A stretch of 64,000 nucleotides of DNA from Bdellovibrionales bacterium (lineage in GTDB: Bacteria > Bdellovibrionota > Bdellovibrionia > Bdellovibrionales > JAMPXM01), in the NCBI GenBank assembly GCA_043739185.1, contig JAYUEN010000155.1, positions 1-64,000 of the forward strand, in the 5' to 3' direction. A program made the translations under genes and the position numbers. Below the pieces are notes generated by a model that saw nothing but the letters and a program-made list of their open reading frames with translations, did not search any database and was not told where the DNA came from. Positions within the stretch are counted from its first letter, which is position 1; every line of letters starts with the position of its first letter. Below are positions 21,134 through 29,527 of this stretch, in pieces.

Positions 21134-21898
21134 ATGATGCGAAAAAAACAATGCTTTGTAGTCGCCGCGAACTGGAAGATGTTCAAAAGTCCTCTTGAGT
21201 CTGAAAAGTTTTTGAATGAATTTATGAGCTTTCAAAAAGACTTTTCAAATAAAGTTCAAAATTTATTTTTTGTTCCTGCGATGAATTTGGCCGCTGTAGC
21301 AACGATCCTCAAGGGAACACCCATTCTTTGGGGCGCGCAAAATATTCATTATGAAAGCGAAGGGGCCTTTACCGGCGAAAACTCGCCAAAAGTCCTGAAG
21401 GAGATGGGTGCACAGATTTGTTTGATCGGCCATAGCGAGCGAAGAACTTTGTTTTTTGAAACTGACGAACTTTGTGCAAAAAAAGTGAAAGCGGCACAGG
21501 GCCTTGGTCTGGCCCCTATGATTTGTGTTGGCGAAAGTCTTTCAGAGCGCAAATCCGGAAAGACTTTTCAGATCATCACTGAACAACTTCGAAACTCACT
21601 TAAACTTTTTGATCCGAAGAAAAAGTTTTATCTTGCCTATGAACCCGTGTGGGCAATTGGCACCGGACAAGTTGCAACCAGCAAAGAGGCGCAAGAGGCG
21701 CATCTCATTTTGAGAAATGAACTAAAGGACATTATGGGGGAGCAAGGTGCTGATGCAACTCCGATATTATATGGCGGCAGTGTTAAACCAGAAAATGCTC
21801 AAGAGCTTTCTGACCAAGATCAAATTGACGGATTTTTAATTGGCGGCGCCTCGCTTAAGATTGAAAGTTTAGTTCAAATTGCAAAAGTAAAAATTTAG
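21134..21898 (+). CDS. tpiA: Triosephosphate isomerase
   Basis: ANWKM, GHSERR, AYEPVWAIGTG, LYGGSV, GFLIGGASL. Confidence 0.97.
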   Translation: MMRKKQCFVVAANWKMFKSPLESEKFLNEFMSFQKDFSNKVQNLFFVPAMNLAAVATILKGTPILWGAQNIHYESEGAFTGENSPKVLKEMGAQICLIGHSERRTLFFETDELCAKKVKAAQGLGLAPMICVGESLSERKSGKTFQIITEQLRNSLKLFDPKKKFYLAYEPVWAIGTGQVATSKEAQEAHLILRNELKDIMGEQGADATPILYGGSVKPENAQELSDQDQIDGFLIGGASLKIESLVQIAKVKI

Positions 21899-21994
21899 AA
21901 AGCATCAGAAAACTTCGGGGTCAGGCAAACTGAATTCAGTCAGCGGAAGCCGATCCAGAATCAGCGTCTGGATCCGGCACCTCTAATTTCAATG

Positions 21995-22140
21995 TTATTT
22001 TGTCTTTAATCTGTAGATCATTGCACTATGCTTAGACTTGCTCTTTCGAGTTGATCTTTTATGTAGGCCTTAGTTTTGATCTGCTCACATTTTTTGTAGA
22101 GACTTAGAGCCAATTGATAACAACGAAAATTCTTAAGCAT
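21995..22140 (-). pseudogene. Internally deleted inverted copy of the four-helix-bundle gene (absent from the ORF track)
   Basis: Minus strand from ATG 22140 reads MLKNFRCYQLALSLYKKCEQIKTKAYIKDQLERASLSIVQ* (25/40 aa identical to 22217..22510). It is followed in another frame by AMIYRLKTK*, which resembles that protein's C-terminus ACLYKLTH*. Confidence 0.85.
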
Positions 22141-22314
22141 AAATACTCCCTTTTTTATTTTTGTTTGGGTCCCAAGTCTCACGACGACGCAAACAAAAAT
22201 AAAAAAGGGAGTATTTATGCTGTCAAATTTCAGATCTTATCAATTGGCTCTAAGTCTCTACAAAAAAGCGAGAGGTCAAAAGCTACCGTACTTTCTAAAA
22301 GATCAACTCGAAAG
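22043..22314. repeat. Long mosaic inverted repeat centred near 22178
   Basis: Perfect reverse-complement blocks 22136-22167/22190-22221 (32 bp), 22090-22120/22237-22267 (31 bp) and 22043-22061/22296-22314 (19 bp); collinear, with a 22-nt central spacer. Confidence 0.95.
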
Positions 22315-22510
22315 GGCCGCAAGCAGCGTCGTATTGAATTTGGCCGAAGGATCCGCAAGAACATCACCAAAAGAGAGAAAGAGATTCTATGTAATAGCAT
22401 TTGCAAGCCTTCGTGAAGTTCAAGCGCTAATAGATATGGAAGATTCGCTCATTGAGCTTCATCCACTGTCAGATCAATTGGGCGCTTGCCTATACAAGCT
22501 GACACACTGA
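22217..22510 (+). CDS. Four-helix-bundle protein (TIGR02436 / 23S rRNA IVS protein / Avd-like family)
   Basis: Family motifs F.SYQLA..LY, LKDQLERAASSVVLNLAEG, RFY.IA.ASLRE; SD GGGAG upstream. Confidence 0.9.
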   Translation: MLSNFRSYQLALSLYKKARGQKLPYFLKDQLERAASSVVLNLAEGSARTSPKERKRFYVIAFASLREVQALIDMEDSLIELHPLSDQLGACLYKLTH

Positions 22511-22943
22511 AGACAGACCACCGAAACTGCCAAACGGCTAACTGCCGCAGCTGCCGTTAAAACTGATCCCTGATTTGAAGCCATTTTGCGTAAAGTCATT
22601 AGTCAATTACGCTGATTCCTCAACAGAATCATGAACCTCTACCTGAGCCAAAAAGCGACACTTTAAAATTTGATCTTCGCGTTTTCAAAAAATAGCTTTC
22701 AACAAGCCTTTCATATAGAATAACTAAATAGCGAGCACAGTGGGCAAGGTGCTTGGCAAACAAGCTTTCTGTGAGTTTGTAGATTTCGTTTCAGGGCTAA
22801 GCGTGAACGAATCAGCAATTGATTCATTCTAAAAAAAATCTGTGGGGAAGACATTTGAATCGTCGCAAACAATAATTTGCGGGCGTGCGAAATCCGTATT
22901 CGTCGTCTGATAAAATTTTATGTTTGCGGCAATGGAGTGAACA

Positions 22944-23174
22944 ATGACCCCCGCTCTTAAGCTGTATTTTAGACGTTGTCATATATGCAATCAATTGACC
23001 CAAAATCTCTGTAAAGATGAGAGTGACCTCACTCAATGCGTGCACTGTCAAAAAGATTTTGTGCCTTTCTTGTTTTTCAACGATGAAAAAACACCGATTT
23101 TTAGTGATAATGAACCTCGACCCGAAATCAAAGAATGCTATTTGCCAATTCGCGGATTTACGAGTTATTGGTAG
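22944..23174 (+). CDS. Small zinc-ribbon protein
   Basis: CHIC...CVHC; SD GGAG upstream; 76 aa. Confidence 0.65.
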   Translation: MTPALKLYFRRCHICNQLTQNLCKDESDLTQCVHCQKDFVPFLFFNDEKTPIFSDNEPRPEIKECYLPIRGFTSYW

Positions 23175-23223
23175 GTGGTGACTCAGATGAAATCAGTGGC
23201 CGTGTTTTTTTAAGGAGACTTTC

Positions 23224-24474
23224 ATTAAAAAGCTAAACAAAAATCTTAAAAAAATTGATCTTGCAGATATTCAAGCCGCTCGAGAAGTTATTAAAAGCTT
23301 CATTGAGCAGACTCCAATGAAAGCAGCGCCGCCTATTAAGGAGCTCGGCCAAACCAAACTTTATTTTAAATTTGAAAATCAACAAGTCACCGGAAGCTTC
23401 AAAATTCGAGGCGCACTTAATAAAATGAATTCGCTAACAACTGAGGAAAAACAGCGCGGTGTTGTTGCAAGCTCGGCCGGAAATCACGCGCAGGGCGTAG
23501 CGCTAGCTGCTCAAAAGGCCAATGTAAAAGCGCATATTGTCATGCCCACAACAGCTCCGACCGTAAAAATAGATGCGACCAAGAGTTACGGTGCAGAAGT
23601 CATTCTGCATGGCGAGGTCTACGATGAGGCCTATCAACATGCCCTACAGCTTGAAAAAGAAATGTCCTATACTTTTGTTCACCCCTTTGAGGACGAAAAA
23701 ATCATTGCAGGCCAAGGGACCATCGGAATTGAAATTTTTGAAAAATTGCCCGAGCTTGATTCAGTAGTTGTTCCTATAGGGGGCGGTGGCCTTATCAGTG
23801 GCATCGCCACCGCACTTAAAAGTTTGAAGCCAAATATAAAAATTTTTGGAGTCGTTTCAGATCAAGCTCCCAATATGCGGCAGCTCTTTAAAAAAGAAGC
23901 ACTGACCGAAAAAAATAACCGAAAAATATCGACTATTGCAGAGGGGATTGCGATTAAAAATGCGTCTCCACTGATGTGTGAAACTTATATTTCAAAGCTA
24001 GTAGATGATATTTTTGAGGTGAGTGATGATGAGATTGCGCGCGCCATCGTTTTTTTATTAGAGAAATCAAAGAGTGTGACCGAAGGTTCAGGCGCGGCGG
24101 GGCTTGCGGCTGTGTTGGCTCGTAAAATTCCTCTTGGCAAGACTTCTTGTGTACTACTCTGTGGCGGTAATATTGATTTGAATATTGTGTCAAAAGTGAT
24201 CGAGCGTGGACAAAGGCTTGCGCATCGCTTGGCTCGCATTTCTGTTATAGTCGATGACCTCCCCGGAAATTTAAGTCGACTCACCAGTGTTTTGGCCGAA
24301 CGCCGAGCCAATATTTTAGAAGTTTATCATGATCGAGTTTCGCCTGAGCTGGGCCTAAGAGAAACGCGAATTGATCTCTTGGTTGAAACCACTAGCAATG
24401 AACATATTTTCGAAATCGAAGAGCAACTTAAAAAAACTCTTGGTTGTCGATCGGTCACTTCAACTAAAGCCTAG
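23224..24474 (+). CDS. ilvA: Threonine dehydratase (PLP) with C-terminal ACT domain; probable ATT start at 23224 (first ATG is 23317)
   Basis: KFENQQVTGSFKIRGA, SAGNHAQG, GGGGL, CGGNID, ACT domain DDLPGNL; the conserved N-terminal helix IDLADIQAAREVI lies upstream of the ATG. Confidence 0.9.
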   Translation: MKKLNKNLKKIDLADIQAAREVIKSFIEQTPMKAAPPIKELGQTKLYFKFENQQVTGSFKIRGALNKMNSLTTEEKQRGVVASSAGNHAQGVALAAQKANVKAHIVMPTTAPTVKIDATKSYGAEVILHGEVYDEAYQHALQLEKEMSYTFVHPFEDEKIIAGQGTIGIEIFEKLPELDSVVVPIGGGGLISGIATALKSLKPNIKIFGVVSDQAPNMRQLFKKEALTEKNNRKISTIAEGIAIKNASPLMCETYISKLVDDIFEVSDDEIARAIVFLLEKSKSVTEGSGAAGLAAVLARKIPLGKTSCVLLCGGNIDLNIVSKVIERGQRLAHRLARISVIVDDLPGNLSRLTSVLAERRANILEVYHDRVSPELGLRETRIDLLVETTSNEHIFEIEEQLKKTLGCRSVTSTKA

Positions 24475-24477
24475 CGG

Positions 24478-25995
24478 CTAATCATCCTCTTCAATTTTCT
24501 CTTCGCCCCATCCGCCACCACCACCAGATGATAAGCGCAAAAGCGTTTTGGCTAATAGCTTTTGCTTGTGACTTGCATTTATTTCGATTTTGACCTCATC
24601 AAATTCGACAGTGATTTCAGATTTTTCTCCGGCTTTTCCTCCGGATTGGCCGGCAGCGCGAGTTTTTAAATTGGGCGCAAAGATATTCAACTCGGCCTCA
24701 GATAAGACCAATAGTTTAAGCTGCATTCCTGCACCGCCAGTGTGCACGCCTTTACCTGAAATATGTGTATGTTTACTCAGGTTTTGAAACTGCAAGGCGA
24801 AGTTCTTCTCGGTTTTTTCGACAGAAAAACTCTCAAATATTGATCGATTTGCAAAGGCTTCATGAGACCATAGGGAATGCGTAGTTTCGCCATTTCTTTC
24901 GCTGCTTCCGCCTTGGCCGCCTGGCAAATCAAAATCCCAAATGCGTTTGGAGTCAAAGGCAATTGAACAAGGACCGATTCCTTCTGAATCGCTTGCAAAA
25001 TTTTTACCTGAACGACCCAGCTTCAGCAGCGAAGAACGCAAGAAACTACATAGTTCTTTGAAGTGGGTGCGACTTGCCAAGTAGGTGTTCTTAATTTGTC
25101 TTGCATTCAACATCGAATTTTGAGGCGTTCGCAATTGCAGCGCGGAAAAGCTCCCTTGATTTGCCGGAATTTCAAAAGTTGAAAGCGAAGTGAGAGCGGC
25201 AAAACACGCAGAAAAGCTCATGAACTCGGTTAGCTGAAAGTGTTCTGAATGGCTCGTGCCTATAAAATCGAATAAAATATTTTCATTTTCTTTGCACTCA
25301 ATTCTAAGCTTTATGGTTTCGCCGGTAATCAATTTGTGTTGAAAGTGAAATTCGCCATTTGATAAATTTTTCGAAATCCAAGAAAGCAGAGATTTTTTGG
25401 TGGAGTCAAAATAGAGTTCAAGCTGATCGGCACTAAAATTCAATCCGGGTAGGCTTTTGATTCTCAATAATTGCTGTTCAAGTGCTTGGAGCTTTTCAAC
25501 CTGCAGAGCCAAGCTTTCTGAAAACTGCAGGGAGGTACCTGGATGAGATCCAATCGCGGACAGAATTTCTTGATTTAATACATTCTTCATCGCTATTGGC
25601 GTAGGGGGAATTCGGAGGCTATGTATAGGCGAAGAGGCATCACTAGTACCCCCCATACGAAAGCGTAGCGAAATTAAAAAGTCGGTAGTCAAATCTGAAG
25701 AAGTTTTGCCGGTGAGTGAAATCGCTTTAACTAAACAGATTTCATCAAGTGAGCTGCCACCAGAAGATGGGTCATTCACAATTGCCAAATCACCACTTTT
25801 CATTTTTAAATATTGATAACAAAACTTAGCGCACGCAGAGAGGCTTAAATCGGATGCGTTCAAAGCCTCAATATGAACCGGGGAGCCGTGAATACTTGTA
25901 AGTGCTGCCGGCGCGAACTCAGCAAATAAAATTTTAAGTGCTTTGTTCCACTGAACTGAAAAACTCAGATCGCCTTCTTGAGGTGAGGTGTTCAT
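24478..25995 (-). CDS. Divergent hydantoinase B/5-oxoprolinase-like protein
   Basis: GDLAIVNDPSSGG, LRIPP, FDFIGT, GGQGG, SGKGVHTGGAG, GQSGGKAG, SSGGGGGWG. Confidence 0.75.
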   Translation of the reverse strand: MNTSPQEGDLSFSVQWNKALKILFAEFAPAALTSIHGSPVHIEALNASDLSLSACAKFCYQYLKMKSGDLAIVNDPSSGGSSLDEICLVKAISLTGKTSSDLTTDFLISLRFRMGGTSDASSPIHSLRIPPTPIAMKNVLNQEILSAIGSHPGTSLQFSESLALQVEKLQALEQQLLRIKSLPGLNFSADQLELYFDSTKKSLLSWISKNLSNGEFHFQHKLITGETIKLRIECKENENILFDFIGTSHSEHFQLTEFMSFSACFAALTSLSTFEIPANQGSFSALQLRTPQNSMLNARQIKNTYLASRTHFKELCSFLRSSLLKLGRSGKNFASDSEGIGPCSIAFDSKRIWDFDLPGGQGGSSERNGETTHSLWSHEAFANRSIFESFSVEKTEKNFALQFQNLSKHTHISGKGVHTGGAGMQLKLLVLSEAELNIFAPNLKTRAAGQSGGKAGEKSEITVEFDEVKIEINASHKQKLLAKTLLRLSSGGGGGWGEEKIEEDD

Positions 25996-27263
25996 AAGGT
26001 GACCTCAATGTTGTTGGGGCGATAGGTTTTAAGGAATTTTAAGCAGCTTTCGGCTAAAGGGCCAGTGACTTTAAGGCGCTTGAAATGAGCGAGCTTTAAG
26101 AGCTCACTCCAAATGCGATAACTCATAATTTTTTCGATACTCTGATGTTCTTTTTGAATGTCGATATGTTTTCGTTCTTGATTGTTTCGAATCAAGGCCA
26201 ACAAGGCCTCTAGGATGCGTGGCTTGGCCCGTTCAGCAACAAGCGAAGTCAGACCAATATTTTCAAGGTTTGTGAGGAGGCCTGTCGCGAATAAAAAATC
26301 AATGAGGCAGGGAACAAATGACTTTCCCATAATCATGGGGCCAGGATCAAATGAGGACTTTTCTTGCAAAATTTCGGGCGTATTAAAGAACCCACTTGAA
26401 ATAATATTTGAAGCTGAGACTTCAAGTTCGAAGTCGCCCTCAGAGTTAGACAGAACAAATGATTCGAGTCCGAGGTGAAGATGAGCCTCAAAAGGTTCGG
26501 CAATAAAGCTGCGATTCAAAAGGCTTGAATAGAGCTTAGATTGTGCGATCGACTGCGGCTTTTCAATGGAGTTCAGGCATTTCAACTCAAGACCCGGATA
26601 TTGCTCTTTAAGTTCTAAAAGTTGAGTTTCAACTTGAATTTGGCGGAGCTTCATTCGCGCTTTTAAGAGCGCGTTTAGCCAGCGATGATTTTCATTCAAG
26701 TGCGGCTTTTCATCAGAAGAGCAGTAAACTCTTAGGCCTTTTTCTCTGAAAAAACCAGCCGCCTTTTTTTCATTCTCAGAATTTAAATTGGAATGTAAAA
26801 ATCCAATTGCGATGTCCTGAATTCCGAGAAGTTGAAGTTTTGACAAAAGAAATTCGAGATCTGAATTTTCAACTCCTTTGAGCACCTTGCCGTCAGCGGA
26901 GCTGCGTTCATTGATTCCAAAAGTAACATCCTCTAGGGACGTCATATTGAGCGTCTTACCAAGACGTGCACCATTCTTATAAAATTTGGGCGCGGTCAGC
27001 TCGAGCAAATTTTCAAAGCCCGAAGATACAAAAAAAGCGATCCGGTCAAAGTGAAAGGGAAATGGTCGACTCGCGCTTTGAGAGACGAAAAACTGAATTT
27101 CAATGGGATCTTTATCCGACCATCCTTGAGCTGATTTTTCCTGAAGACACTCCCGAACGCCATCCGTCAAACTTTTTTTATTAATAAGCCAAGATTTATT
27201 TGTGCTGCTTTCAGCAAAAAACTCACCCACATTCAAACTTAAAGCATTCAGCATCTTGAACAT
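25992..27263 (-). CDS. Divergent, shortened hydantoinase A/oxoprolinase N-terminal-like protein
   Basis: SSGFENLLE, INERSSADG, IAIGFLHS..N.ENE, DPGP; overlaps the hydantoinase B-like gene. Confidence 0.65.
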   Translation of the reverse strand: MFKMLNALSLNVGEFFAESSTNKSWLINKKSLTDGVRECLQEKSAQGWSDKDPIEIQFFVSQSASRPFPFHFDRIAFFVSSGFENLLELTAPKFYKNGARLGKTLNMTSLEDVTFGINERSSADGKVLKGVENSDLEFLLSKLQLLGIQDIAIGFLHSNLNSENEKKAAGFFREKGLRVYCSSDEKPHLNENHRWLNALLKARMKLRQIQVETQLLELKEQYPGLELKCLNSIEKPQSIAQSKLYSSLLNRSFIAEPFEAHLHLGLESFVLSNSEGDFELEVSASNIISSGFFNTPEILQEKSSFDPGPMIMGKSFVPCLIDFLFATGLLTNLENIGLTSLVAERAKPRILEALLALIRNNQERKHIDIQKEHQSIEKIMSYRIWSELLKLAHFKRLKVTGPLAESCLKFLKTYRPNNIEVTL

Positions 27264-27367
27264 ATCCCCGAGGCTTGCTAGGCTGCTGATGCTTTTGGCC
27301 TGAGATTAGGGTTTAGTCGCATCAGAACGAGTCACTCTATTGGCTTAAAAGATATTTTTCAATCTTT

Positions 27368-28561
27368 TTGAAGGGGATCCACTTGAAAGTTTCACCGGAC
27401 ATACAGTCACTTGCCCCTTATATTCCAGGAAAGCCAATTCAGGAAACTCAACGCGAATTTGGAATTTCTAAAGTTTACAAATTGGCAAGTAATGAAAATC
27501 CATTGGGACCTTCGCCATTTGCGGTCACTGCAATTCAAAAGAGTTTAAATGAGCTCAATTTGTACCCTGACTCAAACTGCTATGATTTGCGAAGAGCCTG
27601 TGCCAAGAAATATCAGCTTCCGGAAAGCTTTTTCTGCTTTGGGAATGGCTCAGATGAGCTTATTGATTTTCTTTCTCGAATTTTCTGCTCTCCCGGAGAA
27701 ATAGTTCTTACTAGCCATTGCTCGTTTGCAGCATATAAATTGCGTGCTCGGGCTAGTCGTGCGGAAATAATAGAGATTCCGATGACTCAAAAATATTCAA
27801 TCGATTTGTCTGCGATGGTTGAATGGTTGCACTATCATCCCCAAAGAGAACGCGCGCGTTTGATTTTTTTAGCCAATCCAAATAATCCAACCGGCACTTA
27901 TTTGAATCATCGTCAGATTGAAAATTTTCTTAGGGAAATGAGGCAGTTCCCGGATGTCGTTGTGGTTTTGGATGAGGCCTATGATGCCTTTGTGAGAGCT
28001 CCTGATTTTCCGGATTCAATTGAATTATTGAAAGAAAACCAAAATCTGGTGGTTATTAAAACCCTAAGTAAAGTTTATGGTTTAGCGGGCCTAAGGTTGG
28101 GAGTTTTAATGGCCCACCCAATGATTTGTGATTTGGTAAATAAAATGCGGCTTCCGTTTAATGTTAACAGCTTAGCTCAGGTGGCGGCCATTGCTGCTTT
28201 AGACGACAATGAATATATTAAAAAGTCTCAAGCTACTATTTGGCAAGGGCTCGATTATTTTTATAAAGAGCTCGATCTTATGGGTTTAACTTATTCAAAC
28301 TCTCAAGCGAATTTTGTTTTATTTGATACAGGTCAGGACGGCGAAAAAGTTTATCAAGAATTGTTGCGAGAGGGTGTCATTTTGAGGCCGCTTTCTGCTT
28401 ATCATTTGCCACAACATCTCCGAATGAGTGTCGGACTTGCCAATGAAAATGAGGCCGCCATCGCAGCGCTTAAGAAGGTAATAAGTAGTTCACTCGATCA
28501 TGAGAGCTTTGAAATACAAAAAGCAGTAAAAAAGCACACCGATTTGGGGGTTCAGCTTTGA
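27368..28561 (+). CDS. hisC: Histidinol-phosphate aminotransferase
   Basis: YIPGKP, KLASNENP, GNGSDE, NPNNPTG, DEAY, TLSKVYGLAGLRLG. Confidence 0.93.
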   Translation: MKGIHLKVSPDIQSLAPYIPGKPIQETQREFGISKVYKLASNENPLGPSPFAVTAIQKSLNELNLYPDSNCYDLRRACAKKYQLPESFFCFGNGSDELIDFLSRIFCSPGEIVLTSHCSFAAYKLRARASRAEIIEIPMTQKYSIDLSAMVEWLHYHPQRERARLIFLANPNNPTGTYLNHRQIENFLREMRQFPDVVVVLDEAYDAFVRAPDFPDSIELLKENQNLVVIKTLSKVYGLAGLRLGVLMAHPMICDLVNKMRLPFNVNSLAQVAAIAALDDNEYIKKSQATIWQGLDYFYKELDLMGLTYSNSQANFVLFDTGQDGEKVYQELLREGVILRPLSAYHLPQHLRMSVGLANENEAAIAALKKVISSSLDHESFEIQKAVKKHTDLGVQL

Positions 28562-29241
28562 GCGATTTATTAAGACCGATCGCCCCGGTAATTAGTATCG
28601 ATGGCCCGGCGGCAAGTGGTAAGTCTTCTTTAAGTCGTGAGTTGGCCCGAAGACTGGGCTTTGCATGGATTTCAACGGGAGCGTTTTATCGCGGATTGGC
28701 CTTTGTCGCCGACGCTGAAGCAATTGATATACGTGACGAAGAACAGATGGCCTCGTTGAGTTTGTCAGCCATTTGGTCGGTGCAAATGAGTGAAAAAATG
28801 ACCCATGTTTTTTTAAAGGGTCAAGATGTGACTGAAGAAATTTTTCGCGAGAATATTGGGAATATGGCTTCGACGATAAGCCAGTACCCGCTGGTGAGGC
28901 AAACTCTCTTAGATGCTCAACGGCGCTGCGCTTTGAATGTTAAGGGGCTGGTTGCTGAGGGACGAGATTGTGGAAGCGTGGTCTTTCCGTATGCCCAGGT
29001 TAAGATTTATTTGACCGCAAGTCCACAGGATCGGGCAGCAAGAAGGGCCAGGGATGAAGGCAAAAGTGTCGATGAGACCATTAATCTTCAAAAAATTCGC
29101 GATCAGCAAGACTCTAGCCGCAAAGCGGCGCCGCTGCAAATTCCGCCAGATGCGCTAGTGGTCGACAACTCAGAGATGAGTTTTGAGGCTGTGGTGAAAA
29201 AGGTCGAAGATCATGTGCGAAAGACATTAAAGTTAAAATAG
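28558..29241 (+). CDS. cmk: Cytidylate kinase
   Basis: IDGPAASGKS, TGAFYR, EGRDCGSVVFP; upstream of rpsA. Confidence 0.95.
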   Translation: MSDLLRPIAPVISIDGPAASGKSSLSRELARRLGFAWISTGAFYRGLAFVADAEAIDIRDEEQMASLSLSAIWSVQMSEKMTHVFLKGQDVTEEIFRENIGNMASTISQYPLVRQTLLDAQRRCALNVKGLVAEGRDCGSVVFPYAQVKIYLTASPQDRAARRARDEGKSVDETINLQKIRDQQDSSRKAAPLQIPPDALVVDNSEMSFEAVVKKVEDHVRKTLKLK

Positions 29242-29355
29242 CGAGGGCCCCTAGTTAGCAGGCCTCGATATCGGCAACACTTCGCGCGTGACATCCCAAT
29301 GGGCGCTAAGATTCTACATTTATTGAAAACTATTCTTATATTTGGCCTTTTCCCT

Positions 29356-29383
29356 TTGACTTTCAAATGGCCCCCCCTATAAA
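29356..29383 (+). promoter_or_regulatory. Putative sigma70 promoter for rpsA
   Basis: TTGACT-N16-TATAAA in the cmk-rpsA spacer. Confidence 0.5.
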
Positions 29384-29527
29384 TGAGTACTCCGCTCGCC
29401 ATAATATTTGCGAATGGAATAAATAAGCTCTTGATAAGCCTGTCTCTTTGAAAAAAAGTAATGGGTCAATTTTGGGTTAGAAAACTTGCTGAAGTAGGTT
29501 TTCTCAAAGGAGGAAGAAACAAACCCT

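Noticed and set aside
22114..22416. 100-aa alternative-frame ORF
   Set aside because: It overlaps the recognisable four-helix-bundle gene in another frame, starts at TTG inside the inverted repeat and shows no motifs.
22217..22510. Avd of a diversity-generating retroelement
   Set aside because: There is no reverse transcriptase in the window, and the differences between the repeat arms or between the pilins are not adenine-specific.
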